DNA of 64,000 nucleotides from an uncultured Verrucomicrobiae bacterium (GTDB lineage Bacteria; Chlamydiota; Chlamydiia; Chlamydiales; Rhabdochlamydiaceae): NCBI GenBank assembly GCA_963806855.1, contig CAWDYW010000003.1, positions 704,001 to 768,000 of the forward strand, read 5' to 3'. Shown piece by piece: positions 1 to 9,784 of this stretch (position 1 is its first letter; each line of letters starts with the position of its first letter). The notes under the pieces were generated by a model. It saw only the letters and a program-made list of their open reading frames with translations, ran no database searches and was not told where the DNA came from. The position numbers and the translations under genes were made by a program.

Positions 1-293
1 AGCGACTCATCCATCTTGCCATAGAGAGTTCTCAGATCTTTCCAGACGGCGTTGGGCGGCACGGTGGCAGATGGGTCCAATTCCCCGGCGTGGAGGTGGA
101 ACTCTTTAAATGTCCCCATGTAGAAGGAGCGGATGAGAAGCGGACTTTTCAGCTGAAAGGGCTCCATCGACCCATCGTGGACCAGTAGCTCCGCTCCTTT
201 GAAAATGAACCAGAGATCTTCACCGGCTTGGGCAGGATCTTTATGCATCCGATCGAAGAACAAGTTAGGTGCTGAAAAAGGGATAGATTCCAT
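1..293 (-). CDS. nudC: NADH pyrophosphatase NudC, N-terminal part (runs off window start)
   Basis: Own translation from ATG at 293: MESIPFSAPNLFFDRM...DLWFIFKGAELLV...YMGTF...ELDPSATVPPNAVWKDLRTLYGKMDES, resembling the NudC N-terminal domain. Starts 4 nt after the ATPase stop. Nudix box is outside the window. Confidence 0.55.
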   Translation of the reverse strand, partial: MESIPFSAPNLFFDRMHKDPAQAGEDLWFIFKGAELLVHDGSMEPFQLKSPLLIRSFYMGTFKEFHLHAGELDPSATVPPNAVWKDLRTLYGKMDES

Positions 294-297
294 AAAT

Positions 298-2157
298 TCA
301 CGGCATATCAATAAAGTGTTTAGGGCGCCAGGCGGTGCGCAGGGCATTGAGGATGACGGCGACATCGATGAACTCTTGGGCGATCGCCCCGGCGACAGGG
401 GGAAGATAGCCAAATGCAGCGAACATCATCCCGACCAGGGAGAGGAAAATCCCCCCTAGGGCACTCTGCAAGGCGATTTTCCGCATTCGCTTGCTAATGT
501 GGAGAAACTCATCGACAGTGCGCAGAGAGTTGTCCATCACCACCGCGCCGGCTGCTTCTGCGGTGATGTCGCTATTTTGGCCAAACGCGATCCCCACGGT
601 GGCGACCACCAATGCCGGAGCGTCGTTGATCCCATCTCCGAGATAGGCCGTTTTCGCCAGAGCTCTTTCCTTCTCGACGATCTGCACCTTCTCCTCGGGA
701 CTTTGGCTGGCATAAACTTTGGTAATCCCCATCTGGTCGGCGATATATTTCACCTCTTCTTCCCGGTCGCCCGATACGAGCATGATTTTATTGATACCAT
801 GCTTGTCTGCCAAGTGGCCGATGAAAGAGGCGCTCTCCTCTCGAGGGGTATCGTGGAAGCGGTAATAGGCGGCAAGCTGTCCATTGAGCAGGATGACACA
901 TTCGAGGCCGATTCCTTTCGGCAGCCGCTCCCCACTAAGCCCTAATCGGGCGAGCAGTTTACGGCTCGTGAGGATGATCTCATGGCTATTGACTGTGCCC
1001 CGAAGCCCCTGACCCTTGGGCTCGCTGATGTGTTTCACCTCAAGAAGGGGAATTTTTTCTTCTTTTGCCTTTTCAACGATGGCGCTAGAGAGGGGGTGCT
1101 TCGAATATTGCTCGATGCTGGCGGCCAGTTGCAGGATCTCTCTGGGATCGTGAGAGTCGAAGACCAGCTGATCGGTCAGCACTGGTTTGCCATAGGTGAG
1201 CGTCCCTGTCTTGTCGAAGATGATCGTTTTGCACTGCTCCAATTGTTCCAAGACAATAGGATTCTTAATCAATATCCCGCAGCGGGCGCTCAAGGAGATC
1301 GAGCCGATGATCGCCACTGGAATCGCGATCAGGAGAGGACAGGGAGTGGCGATGACTAGCACAGCCAGAAATCGAACCGCTTGGCCGCTGATAGCCCAAG
1401 CGATGAGAGCAATGAGAACCGATAGGGGTGTGTACCAAGCGCCGAGCTGATCGGCTAAGCGGCGCATCCGAGGACGCTTTTGCTCTGACTCGCGCATTAC
1501 CTGCATGATTTTAGCATAGCGCGAGTCGATCGCCAGTTTGCCCGCTCTAATCGTCAGCGCTTCATCTCCATTGATCGCTCCCGAGATGACCCCCGATCCA
1601 GGGGCTTTTGAGAGGAAGAAAGGCTCTCCGGTCAAGTAGGACTCATCCATCACCCCTTTTCCCTCTGCAACCTCTCCGTCGACAGGACAAATCTCATGAG
1701 GCAAGACCACCAAAATGTCGCCGATCTGGATCTGTTCGACCGAAATGGTCTCCAAGGCTTCCGCTCGCTTACGGTGGGCAGTGGTCGGAGCCCGTTTCGC
1801 CAATTTCTCAAGCACTTTAGAGGCTGTTCCAATCGCATAGCTCTCAAGAGCCTGCCCGCCCGAGAGCATCAGCACGACGAGCGACCCGGCCAAATACTGC
1901 TCAAGGACCACCGAAGTGGCAATCGATATTCCTGCCAAAAGATCGGAGCTAAATTCGAGGTGAAACATTTTGCGCACGAGCATGAGCAAAAGGGGCCCGC
2001 CCCCGACGAAAAGGACAACGTAAAGCGGGTAATCGGCATAAGGTTTTAGGCTCGGGATCAAAAAATAGAAAATGAGGAAGAGGGCAATGCCGATCGAGGC
2101 GATAATGGCGATAACCCGATAGGGGATAATAGTGTCGTCTTGCTTCTTAGCCTGCAC
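298..2157 (-). CDS. Heavy-metal P1B-type ATPase, P1B-5-like
   Basis: LTGE, DKTGT, HP and GDGINDAPAL motifs; TPCP in the metal-binding helix and QEFID in the last helix; no N-terminal HMA domain. Confidence 0.92.
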   Translation of the reverse strand: MQAKKQDDTIIPYRVIAIIASIGIALFLIFYFLIPSLKPYADYPLYVVLFVGGGPLLLMLVRKMFHLEFSSDLLAGISIATSVVLEQYLAGSLVVLMLSGGQALESYAIGTASKVLEKLAKRAPTTAHRKRAEALETISVEQIQIGDILVVLPHEICPVDGEVAEGKGVMDESYLTGEPFFLSKAPGSGVISGAINGDEALTIRAGKLAIDSRYAKIMQVMRESEQKRPRMRRLADQLGAWYTPLSVLIALIAWAISGQAVRFLAVLVIATPCPLLIAIPVAIIGSISLSARCGILIKNPIVLEQLEQCKTIIFDKTGTLTYGKPVLTDQLVFDSHDPREILQLAASIEQYSKHPLSSAIVEKAKEEKIPLLEVKHISEPKGQGLRGTVNSHEIILTSRKLLARLGLSGERLPKGIGLECVILLNGQLAAYYRFHDTPREESASFIGHLADKHGINKIMLVSGDREEEVKYIADQMGITKVYASQSPEEKVQIVEKERALAKTAYLGDGINDAPALVVATVGIAFGQNSDITAEAAGAVVMDNSLRTVDEFLHISKRMRKIALQSALGGIFLSLVGMMFAAFGYLPPVAGAIAQEFIDVAVILNALRTAWRPKHFIDMP

Positions 2158-2573
2158 CGGAACCTCTTGTGCTTATTATAGCGTATTATTTCTAAAAGTA
2201 TAGAATGGTGTGATGAGCGGTTATATTCTGCAGACAGGCAAAAAGGGGAGCGAGCGGCTAGAAATTCTAAACGAGCTCACCAACTCCGGCTTTCTCGCTT
2301 TTTTACACCAGGCTGGGCTCAAAGAGGGGATGAAAGTGCTCGACGTTGGCTGTGGGACCGGTATCCTCGCCTGCGAAGTGGCGAAAAATGTTGGCCAAGT
2401 CATCGGCATCGATATCAGCAAAGAGCAGATCGATCTGGCACAGAGCCTTGCAGCAGGCAAGCAAATTCACAATGTCGAATTTCGGCAAATGTCTGCCCAT
2501 GACATCGGGAATCTCGAAGAGAAATTCGATCTCATTTATTTTCGTTATGTTCTTCATCATGTGAAAGAGGCTC
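2157..2573 (+). repeat. 417-bp direct repeat, copy 1 (divergent promoter plus methyltransferase 5' end)
   Basis: Aligns ungapped with 7943-8359 at offset 5786; about 18 substitutions by manual count. Confidence 0.95.
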
Positions 2574-2593
2574 TGCAATTTATATTTTCTTGA
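2210..2593 (+). pseudogene. Truncated class I SAM-dependent methyltransferase
   Basis: VLDVGCGTG motif I; matches 7996-8796 up to HVKEA, then stops after 6 unrelated codons. Confidence 0.88.
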
Positions 2594-2855
2594 CATCGGC
2601 TCTTTGCCCTTTTGTGATCAGGACTAGATTCTCTGGTGAAAGGCAAAAGACAGAATGGGGAGTTCCAGCTTCTGCCCAGATCTCAGATTTTATAGGACCT
2701 GATCGACGATGCTTTGATGTTCTCGCCCCAAGTGATCAAAAAAACAATTCGGGAAACCTCCTATTGGAAGTTTCTTCAATACCTGATCTGTCATCCCCTT
2801 CTGGCCTTACGATTTCTACTGACTCGGATGGGGATCCATATTAATCATTAGAAAA

Positions 2856-5800
2856 TCAATGTGTTCCTTCCTCAATCAATACCTCCTGTATCATTTTAAG
2901 AACACTTTTTAGATCTCGTACTTGCTTTGAAGGGTACTTGAGCAGTTCTGTTATGATCCTCTCAGCTTCCCTTTTATCATGATGTAGCGGGACTCCAAGC
3001 ACTTGTCCAGCTATGTGATAGAGGTTATCGATTGATTGGGGTGGGAAGATCTGTAGAACTTTGATCAGCGCCTCTTCCAAAAAAGGTCCCTTATATTGAG
3101 AAAGATAGCTGCATAGAGTAATCAATGAGTAGTATTTATCCTCCATCATTTGAAACAATTCCTTTCCTATTGGCTGCCTTTCCTCAATTCTAGAAACCAT
3201 GAGGCCAAAATCTTTACCCGGCTTGCCCGAATCTTGATAGCAAAGCATATTCTCAAGATCATTACGAGTATGGAACTGATTGCACTTGTAGTATAAGACT
3301 TTATGAGGATACTCTTTCCATACTGTATAGAGTCCTGGAAACTCATTGTTTTCAGTAAGAGCGACAACCTTTTCTCCTTCCTGCCCAAAATTCATCATAG
3401 TCGTCCCAGCTCCAGGAAAACCGAGTTTTTTATTCATGATAGAGCATTGTGTTGCCTGGATGAGAAACTCGGTGGGATTGGGTGGGGATACATCAACATC
3501 AATTTTCCCTTCTTTAGTTTCTATCAACTTTATTCTATTGAAAGCTAAATAACTAGCTTCATCAAATGCTGCAACGGTGAAATATCTAAACTCCTTATTG
3601 TCCTCGGAAAAGAAGTAAATGCGGATTTCAACACCTCTACCCTTTTCATGGACAAAACGATAGCGTGGAGTGAGTGCTCCCAGACCTCTGGCGAGAATTT
3701 GGGATGTGTGGGGCTCCATAGCTTTATATAAATGATTGAGAAGCTCCTTGGGAAAAGCCAGAGGGATCATTGTTCTGTCTGTAGAGGTTAGAAGAACGGA
3801 AGACTCGGCCATAGCACTATATAGATTATTTCCAGGCAGTGTGCTTTCTTTAGTTTGATTATCGTAGTGATGGTGATATGTTCCCCTATTTTTACCTTGA
3901 ATTTTATGGTCGAGGAAGTTCAGGTATTGAATCATTAGTTCGTAAACTCTACGATCATATGTTGAAGTGTGAAATTCTGTCGGTACTTTCAGCCCATTTA
4001 GGTCTTTAACTGAGAGTAGAGACTTACCGGGTTGCATAAATTCATAAGTTTGTTCAGCTTTATCCAAAAGAATGTAAAAATCTAATAACTCTCTTTGATT
4101 CTGCTCGGCTTCTGGAGAAAGCCTAAGATTTTCACATTCCTGTAGAGTCTGTAAAAATGCATAGCGGTGCAAGAAACATTGTTTTTTTAAACAATATTGG
4201 AATCTTATTACTAAATACCTTTGATGAATATTAGTCCACCCTTTAGTGATCTGATGTAGCTCACTATGAGTTGTGAACTTGCCGTCTCCGGAGAGCAATG
4301 AAGAAAAAGATTGTTGTAGAGTTGTACTTAACCCTTTCATTATTTCAGCTTCATATTTTGCAAAATCCTCTTTCGTAATTAGAGCTCCAGAGTCGGTTTT
4401 CATCGATAGCAAATGCCTAAATGTATTACCCGCCCACCCGGGAAAAAGGTAATCGAATTCCGTCGGAGCCAATCGCTCACTGAATACTCTGTTGAAGAAG
4501 AATTTTCCGGCTCCGGCATAGTTTTTGAAGAAAGGACTTTGGTCAGTTTTGCCTTGGAATAAAATATTGAGTCCCTTTCGTAACGTTGAACAAGAATTCT
4601 TCCAAACCGATTTTAGTTCTTCCAGGGATGCGGACTCTGCCCGTGTTTTTTGCTTTTGGATCGCATCACCAAGTCCTTTCAACACGAGAGCTTGTTCAGA
4701 TTGAACAACTTGAAAAGCAGTTGGCAGGGCATCTTTCAATCGAAGGAGTGTGTTCCCCCTTTTTAAGAATTGGCCAAAACGGGCAAGGACGCTCTCCTTT
4801 TGGTCTGGGATAAGACCGGATTCTAAAAAGGGAGCAGCTGTTTCGTAAAATTCTTTGGCAGTGTGCAAGTAAAGTGATGCATTGGCGATATGATTCACTC
4901 CAAACTGCTCTGCTACATATCCTGTAAAATAATGAGGTTTTTCTGGCATCCATTGAGGAGGAACCGTTAAACCGCGATTAACTTTCTTTTCTGCATATGT
5001 CAAAACTGAGATGCTATCGGCAACATATTCGCAGAATGATTCAATTAACTTTACATCTTTACATAGTTCTCTCTTCTCTCTCAGAATAATTGATTTTTTG
5101 CCAAACTCCTCTTTTTCCCTTCTCTCTTCTTGAAGAACTTTGTTAAATTCCCGTTCATCCATTTTCATGAGGACTTCGGTGCTGTACTTCTTGAGACTAT
5201 GCAGAATGGCCATTCCATAGGCAGCCCGATCGCAATGCGCTTCATCAAATCGGGCGATGATTTGTGCATGCTTAAAGTCCAATTCTTTGCGCAAGTAGGA
5301 AAACTGACGATCCATATGTTCTGCAAGCTGTTGTACAGCTTTTTGCAGTGCTTCCATGACTTTCTGATGCTCTGATTTAATTTTTTCACCTTTGATTAAA
5401 CAGTAAAGTGAACGTCCAACACCGATGACAAGTGTGAATATTTGCAACATAGGCACTAGTGTTGAGGCAAGACCGGCAGAACTACAAAGAAACTTCATCG
5501 CATCTTCAAATTCTTTGCCTTTTTGAGCTTTATTTATGATATCTTTTAATCCGCCTACACCAACGTCATTAAACAAAAGGGCTGCATCATAGATCATGTA
5601 AATATCACGCATTGTTTGGACGCTTAGAACCATCTTTTGATTCGTATCACCCAAGATGACTCCAACCTGCGCGGCGAGTTGTCTAGTTGTATTAAAAGTG
5701 TCTAAAATTGGCTCTCGATTAAGAGATCTAGCCGCATGATGATTTTGCATCCCCTCCGAGACAGCCCAGCGAACCTCTTTTTGGGAACCATCGCCTTCAA

Positions 5801-7823
5801 AACGTTTCCTCTGCCTTTCAATTCCAGCCCAAACCCTCTGTCTCGTATTAGAAATTAACCCTTCAACTCTTAATTTCTCTTCGATATCTTTGTCTTGTTC
5901 TGTTAAGGCGGCAATTTCTTCTGCTGCATCTTCTTTTGCCTTTTTCCACGCCTCAGCTTGGGCATCGTGGGATGCAGCAGTAGCAGCATTTTCATTTCTA
6001 TGATTGGTCTTTTTGCGATGCTTTTCAGCGTCAACGGTATGTTTTTTTTCATTCTGTTCAGCAGTCTCTTTTTTTTTCTCGGCTTCTGCGATCTGAGCTT
6101 CGATATCTTTTTTGGAATCTGTCAGAAATTTGCAATAATCATCAGGTGAAATAGCATTGCGTATCTGCCCGAGGAAGTTCCTCATCTGCTCTTGCTGATA
6201 GAATAGAGATGAAATGCTTTGATCATTCTTCTGAACTAGCATCCGCATGGTTTCGCTGGCAAAAGATGTCTTCTCAGCAATTTTTCTATATAAGTCCTGT
6301 TGTTTCTGCTGCCCTCTTGATTTTACGCAATGAAGGATTTGTCCCGCCGCCATGATCGGAGAGGCAACGGCACCCATGCCTAATAGTCCGAATCCTAAAC
6401 TTCCAGTATTCACAAGAAGATCGAGATGGTTGGCATAATCTGCCCTTTTCTTAATTCTTTTTCCAAAACTTTCATGGATCTCTTGGTCGAGCTTGCTATA
6501 GTATTCTGCTTTATTCCCCAGTCTCTCTCTTTCAGCAACTCTATATGCTAGCTTTTCTCTGAGCTCAGCTGCGGACCTTGCGTATTGATCGCGAAGCTCT
6601 TCGGTCCGAGAGATGGCCATCGCTGTGAGCAAGGGATTGGTCAGATAACTTTCAATTTGTGCTTGAATATTATCCGTATAGTGGGATTGCCCATGGAGTA
6701 TCGGTAGTAATTCAAGCCTTACCTCTTTATATTTGGCACTATCTCGCATCATCTCAGCTGCGCTCACAAATTCATTCATTTTCTCACGATGTGCAAGAAT
6801 AGTAGCCGTACTCTGAGCAAGGGTTGTGACCCTACTGAGAAACTCACTTCTGAATTTAGCATCATTATGGAATTCCTCGAGAAACTTTTTTCCTTGTTCA
6901 ATCAGGTTTTTTAGATTTGTATCTACCTGTTGATGGTCTAGTATAACTTGCTGATAAAGCAGCTCTCGAGATTGATCCGAGAGATTTAAACTGCTACATG
7001 CTTCAATCAGTTTATCAGTCCGCATTTCCGGCTCTTCACAGCGCAATTCATGTACTAATTGAGAAATCGCTGTAAGGGCCTCCTTTTCCGAGCAGTCTTT
7101 AGGCATCTGACCAAGCTTGGCCTCTATGAATTCCTGAACAAATTTTGGATCGCTAAAGGCTTTGTATCTTAACCCCTCTTCACTAAGAGACAAAATGCTG
7201 CCTAGTAGCTGGTCGGCACTGCTGCCATTTGCTTGGATTTTTGAACCCATTTCGGTTTGAAGTAAATGGTTTAAAACTTCTCTCTCCCAACCCTGATGTG
7301 TGGCTCCAGAAATTCCAGCTGGTGCTTTTGGGGCGAGTCGGGGTTCAAATACGAGATTAGAACAAGTGAGCTCCACTGCTGTTGATTTCCCACTACCACA
7401 AACTCGCCCTCGAACTGCACTGGTCTTTTCGCTGGTATTGGATAACCCACTCTCTTCTAATTCTAAATTAGGAGCTGTTATGATCCGACCCTGGGAGTCC
7501 AATTTTTGTCCCCTACGGCTCCAGGTCTGAGTTTTTGGATCATAGACATCAAAACGCTCTGCCCAATTTGGAATCTCAGGGTGAGGATTCATTTTTCCAT
7601 CAGCTTCCCAAACAACATTGGGATTCTTTAAGTGTACGAATGTCTCGAGCGCATTCTGGAAGCTGAACAGTCCTGGATTTCCCTGTGCTTCATCACACAG
7701 AGAGTCATCGTTATCACGAGCATGACATGCGTGGGTTGCCAATAGACCATCATGAGGAGTGACCAGAATACCACTGGGAGTCACATACCACGAATCACGA
7801 TCTCTATGGGATTGTATCGACAT
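2856..7823 (-). CDS. 1655-aa hypothetical protein with coiled coils and two hydrophobic segments (effector/toxin-like)
   Basis: Long uninterrupted ORF; RBS AAGAGG; TTGCAG-18-TATACT at 7896-7867; hydrophobic stretches GSLGFGLLGMGAVASPIMAAG and AGLASTLVPMLQIFTLVIGVG. Confidence 0.85.
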   Translation of the reverse strand: MSIQSHRDRDSWYVTPSGILVTPHDGLLATHACHARDNDDSLCDEAQGNPGLFSFQNALETFVHLKNPNVVWEADGKMNPHPEIPNWAERFDVYDPKTQTWSRRGQKLDSQGRIITAPNLELEESGLSNTSEKTSAVRGRVCGSGKSTAVELTCSNLVFEPRLAPKAPAGISGATHQGWEREVLNHLLQTEMGSKIQANGSSADQLLGSILSLSEEGLRYKAFSDPKFVQEFIEAKLGQMPKDCSEKEALTAISQLVHELRCEEPEMRTDKLIEACSSLNLSDQSRELLYQQVILDHQQVDTNLKNLIEQGKKFLEEFHNDAKFRSEFLSRVTTLAQSTATILAHREKMNEFVSAAEMMRDSAKYKEVRLELLPILHGQSHYTDNIQAQIESYLTNPLLTAMAISRTEELRDQYARSAAELREKLAYRVAERERLGNKAEYYSKLDQEIHESFGKRIKKRADYANHLDLLVNTGSLGFGLLGMGAVASPIMAAGQILHCVKSRGQQKQQDLYRKIAEKTSFASETMRMLVQKNDQSISSLFYQQEQMRNFLGQIRNAISPDDYCKFLTDSKKDIEAQIAEAEKKKETAEQNEKKHTVDAEKHRKKTNHRNENAATAASHDAQAEAWKKAKEDAAEEIAALTEQDKDIEEKLRVEGLISNTRQRVWAGIERQRKRFEGDGSQKEVRWAVSEGMQNHHAARSLNREPILDTFNTTRQLAAQVGVILGDTNQKMVLSVQTMRDIYMIYDAALLFNDVGVGGLKDIINKAQKGKEFEDAMKFLCSSAGLASTLVPMLQIFTLVIGVGRSLYCLIKGEKIKSEHQKVMEALQKAVQQLAEHMDRQFSYLRKELDFKHAQIIARFDEAHCDRAAYGMAILHSLKKYSTEVLMKMDEREFNKVLQEERREKEEFGKKSIILREKRELCKDVKLIESFCEYVADSISVLTYAEKKVNRGLTVPPQWMPEKPHYFTGYVAEQFGVNHIANASLYLHTAKEFYETAAPFLESGLIPDQKESVLARFGQFLKRGNTLLRLKDALPTAFQVVQSEQALVLKGLGDAIQKQKTRAESASLEELKSVWKNSCSTLRKGLNILFQGKTDQSPFFKNYAGAGKFFFNRVFSERLAPTEFDYLFPGWAGNTFRHLLSMKTDSGALITKEDFAKYEAEIMKGLSTTLQQSFSSLLSGDGKFTTHSELHQITKGWTNIHQRYLVIRFQYCLKKQCFLHRYAFLQTLQECENLRLSPEAEQNQRELLDFYILLDKAEQTYEFMQPGKSLLSVKDLNGLKVPTEFHTSTYDRRVYELMIQYLNFLDHKIQGKNRGTYHHHYDNQTKESTLPGNNLYSAMAESSVLLTSTDRTMIPLAFPKELLNHLYKAMEPHTSQILARGLGALTPRYRFVHEKGRGVEIRIYFFSEDNKEFRYFTVAAFDEASYLAFNRIKLIETKEGKIDVDVSPPNPTEFLIQATQCSIMNKKLGFPGAGTTMMNFGQEGEKVVALTENNEFPGLYTVWKEYPHKVLYYKCNQFHTRNDLENMLCYQDSGKPGKDFGLMVSRIEERQPIGKELFQMMEDKYYSLITLCSYLSQYKGPFLEEALIKVLQIFPPQSIDNLYHIAGQVLGVPLHHDKREAERIITELLKYPSKQVRDLKSVLKMIQEVLIEEGTH

Positions 7824-7942
7824 AATTTCCTCTTAGATTGCTTGTGGGGGTTTAAAAATCGTGTTGAGTATAGTCAGTCAAATTAATATTCTGCAATGGC
7901 CAAAGGAGAACGTTAAAAAATTAATATTCCTATCCTTGATCT

Positions 7943-8359
7943 CCGGAACCTCTTTTGCTTATTATAGCGTATTATTTCTAAAAGTATAGAATGGTGTGAT
8001 GAGCGGTTATATCTTGCAAACAGGCAAAAAGGGGAGCGAGCGGCTAGAAATTCTAAACGAGCTCACCAACTCCGGCTTTCTCGCTTTTTTACAACAGGCG
8101 GGGCTCAAAGAGGGGATGAAAGTGCTCGACGTTGGCTGTGGGACCGGTATCCTCGCCTGCGAAGTAGCGAAAAATGTTGGCCAAGTCATCGGCATCGATA
8201 ACAGCAAAGAGCAGATCGATCTGGCCCGTAGCCTTGCAGTAGGTAAGCACATTCAAAATGTCGAATTTCGGCAAATGTCTGCGCATGACATCGGAAATCT
8301 CGAAGAGAAATTCGATCTCATTTATTTTCGTTATGTTCTTCAGCATGTGAAAGAGGCTC
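7943..8359 (+). repeat. 417-bp direct repeat, copy 2
   Basis: Matches 2157-2573 from CCGGAACCTCTT to GTGAAAGAGGCTC. Confidence 0.95.
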
Positions 8360-8796
8360 CGAAAATCATTAAAAGAGCAGCTTCGCTACTCAATAAAGAG
8401 GGCCTGATCGTCTGTGATGAACAAGTCGATAGCGAAGCCTTTTACTGTGATCCGCCAAATGAGGGATACGATCTTTGGACCAGAGGTTGCGGATACCAAT
8501 ATCAGGTCCAGGGCACCGATAACTCGATCGGAAAGAAACTAAAAGAGATATTTTTAGATGAGGGCTTTGAACCCCTCGTTGCCTACGCATATGCGCCAGC
8601 ACTGATTACACCGAGGCAAAAAATGTTGCTCCGGTTAGGTTTTGAAGAGGCTGGAGCAAAAATTGTCGAAGCGGGCCTCTTCACAAATGCAGAAGTGACA
8701 TCGGCGATCGAGCTTCTTCGCGAATTTGAAGCGAATAATCGGTATTTGGCTTTTTACAGCAAATATATCCGGATTGCCGCTAGGTTAAAGGTTTGA
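7996..8796 (+). CDS. Class I SAM-dependent methyltransferase (intact)
   Basis: VLDVGCGTG, VIGID, FDLIYFRYVLQH and LNKEGLIV motifs; likely ATG at 7999. Confidence 0.9.
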   Translation: MMSGYILQTGKKGSERLEILNELTNSGFLAFLQQAGLKEGMKVLDVGCGTGILACEVAKNVGQVIGIDNSKEQIDLARSLAVGKHIQNVEFRQMSAHDIGNLEEKFDLIYFRYVLQHVKEAPKIIKRAASLLNKEGLIVCDEQVDSEAFYCDPPNEGYDLWTRGCGYQYQVQGTDNSIGKKLKEIFLDEGFEPLVAYAYAPALITPRQKMLLRLGFEEAGAKIVEAGLFTNAEVTSAIELLREFEANNRYLAFYSKYIRIAARLKV

Positions 8797-9118
8797 GCCT
8801 GGCGGCCATGGCGAACTGAAAAAAGTATTTGTCGAGGTCTTCAAGAGTCGTACAATACTCCTCACTGCCCAAGACCGCTGCGCAGAAAAGTTCCTTTGCT
8901 CGAGCCAATTCTTTGCGCCTATTACGCCATCGGTCATCGCTTAAAGTTAAATAGAAAAGCTCAAGAGCTCGGGATACAGCATGATCGAATTTGCATTGAT
9001 CTCCGCGTGCTCGAATTGCACGATTGACCTCACTTCCAATGTTACCGAGTTGTTCAGCAAGTGAGAGAGTAAACCACCGGCCTTCGGCAAGAGATTTGTG
9101 AAAAAATTGTGTTGTCAT
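8780..9118 (-). CDS. Small helical hypothetical protein, coupled to the DUF5674-like gene
   Basis: GRWFTLSLAEQLGNIGSEVNRA...ELARAKELF; ATGA overlap with the frame-corrected upstream gene. Confidence 0.75.
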   Translation of the reverse strand: MTTQFFHKSLAEGRWFTLSLAEQLGNIGSEVNRAIRARGDQCKFDHAVSRALELFYLTLSDDRWRNRRKELARAKELFCAAVLGSEEYCTTLEDLDKYFFQFAMAARLKPLT

Positions 9119-9464
9119 GATTCCTCGATTAATAGAGAAACAATCTCTTTAACTTTTTGACGTATAATGGGATCAAGTACATCGCGAGATCGTTTCCAGG
9201 GGAAGGTCGCAGATTGATCATTGAATCGAATTCGATAAATTCTTCTCCAGATTTATCCGGGTACAAATTTATTCCCCATAAATCCTGTTGACGAGATCCT
9301 TGATCGATCAAATGGCCCTCTTCATCAGAATGAAGTTCAGCACCGATGGCCATAACTTGCCGTTCAATATCGACGACAGCTTTTACCAGATCACCATAGC
9401 GTTCTTTGGCAAGTTCGGATAACTCTGTCTTTGTAATTTTTTTTTCAACTACACACATCGGCAT
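9115..9464 (-). CDS. DUF5674-like protein with one frameshift near 9192
   Basis: LVKAVVDIERQVMAIGAELHSDEE...DLWGINLYP...FDSMINLRP; adding one base gives ...GN(R)SRDVLDPIIRQKVKEIVSLLIEES*, with TGA overlapping the next ATG. Confidence 0.7.
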
Positions 9465-9527
9465 AAGCAATCTTTTATCAAGAAGAATAACACCCAGTAA
9501 AGAGATTTGCAAGATTCAATCCTAAAC

Positions 9528-9734
9528 CTCTTTGGGGGTATCAGAGTAGCGCCCTCTGTTTGAGCTCCTCGATAATCTGCTCATAAGACTCGAAAACAAT
9601 CCCATCGATGCCCAGCTCTTTGGCTCTTTCGATTGTTCCGAAAACCGGCGCTGGCTTTAAACATGGACTTGGATGATAATTGTGAGCTGAGTCGAGAAGA
9701 ATCCCAAGAGTTCATCAATCGGGTTTCCAAAGAG
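9528..9734. repeat. Degenerate palindromic intergenic element
   Basis: Terminal CTCTTTGG / CCAAAGAG and patchy internal complementarity. Confidence 0.3.
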
Positions 9735-9784
9735 ATATTTGAGAATAGACCTATTTCCCTACATCACTAAGAGAGAAGAGCACT

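Noticed and set aside
2590..2844. 84-aa ORF or degenerate palindrome after repeat copy 1
   Set aside because: TTG start, no recognisable motif, and only short patchy complementarity.
2157..8359. Diversity-generating retroelement TR/VR pair
   Set aside because: Mismatches are not adenine-specific in either copy, many are synonymous, and no reverse transcriptase is in the window.
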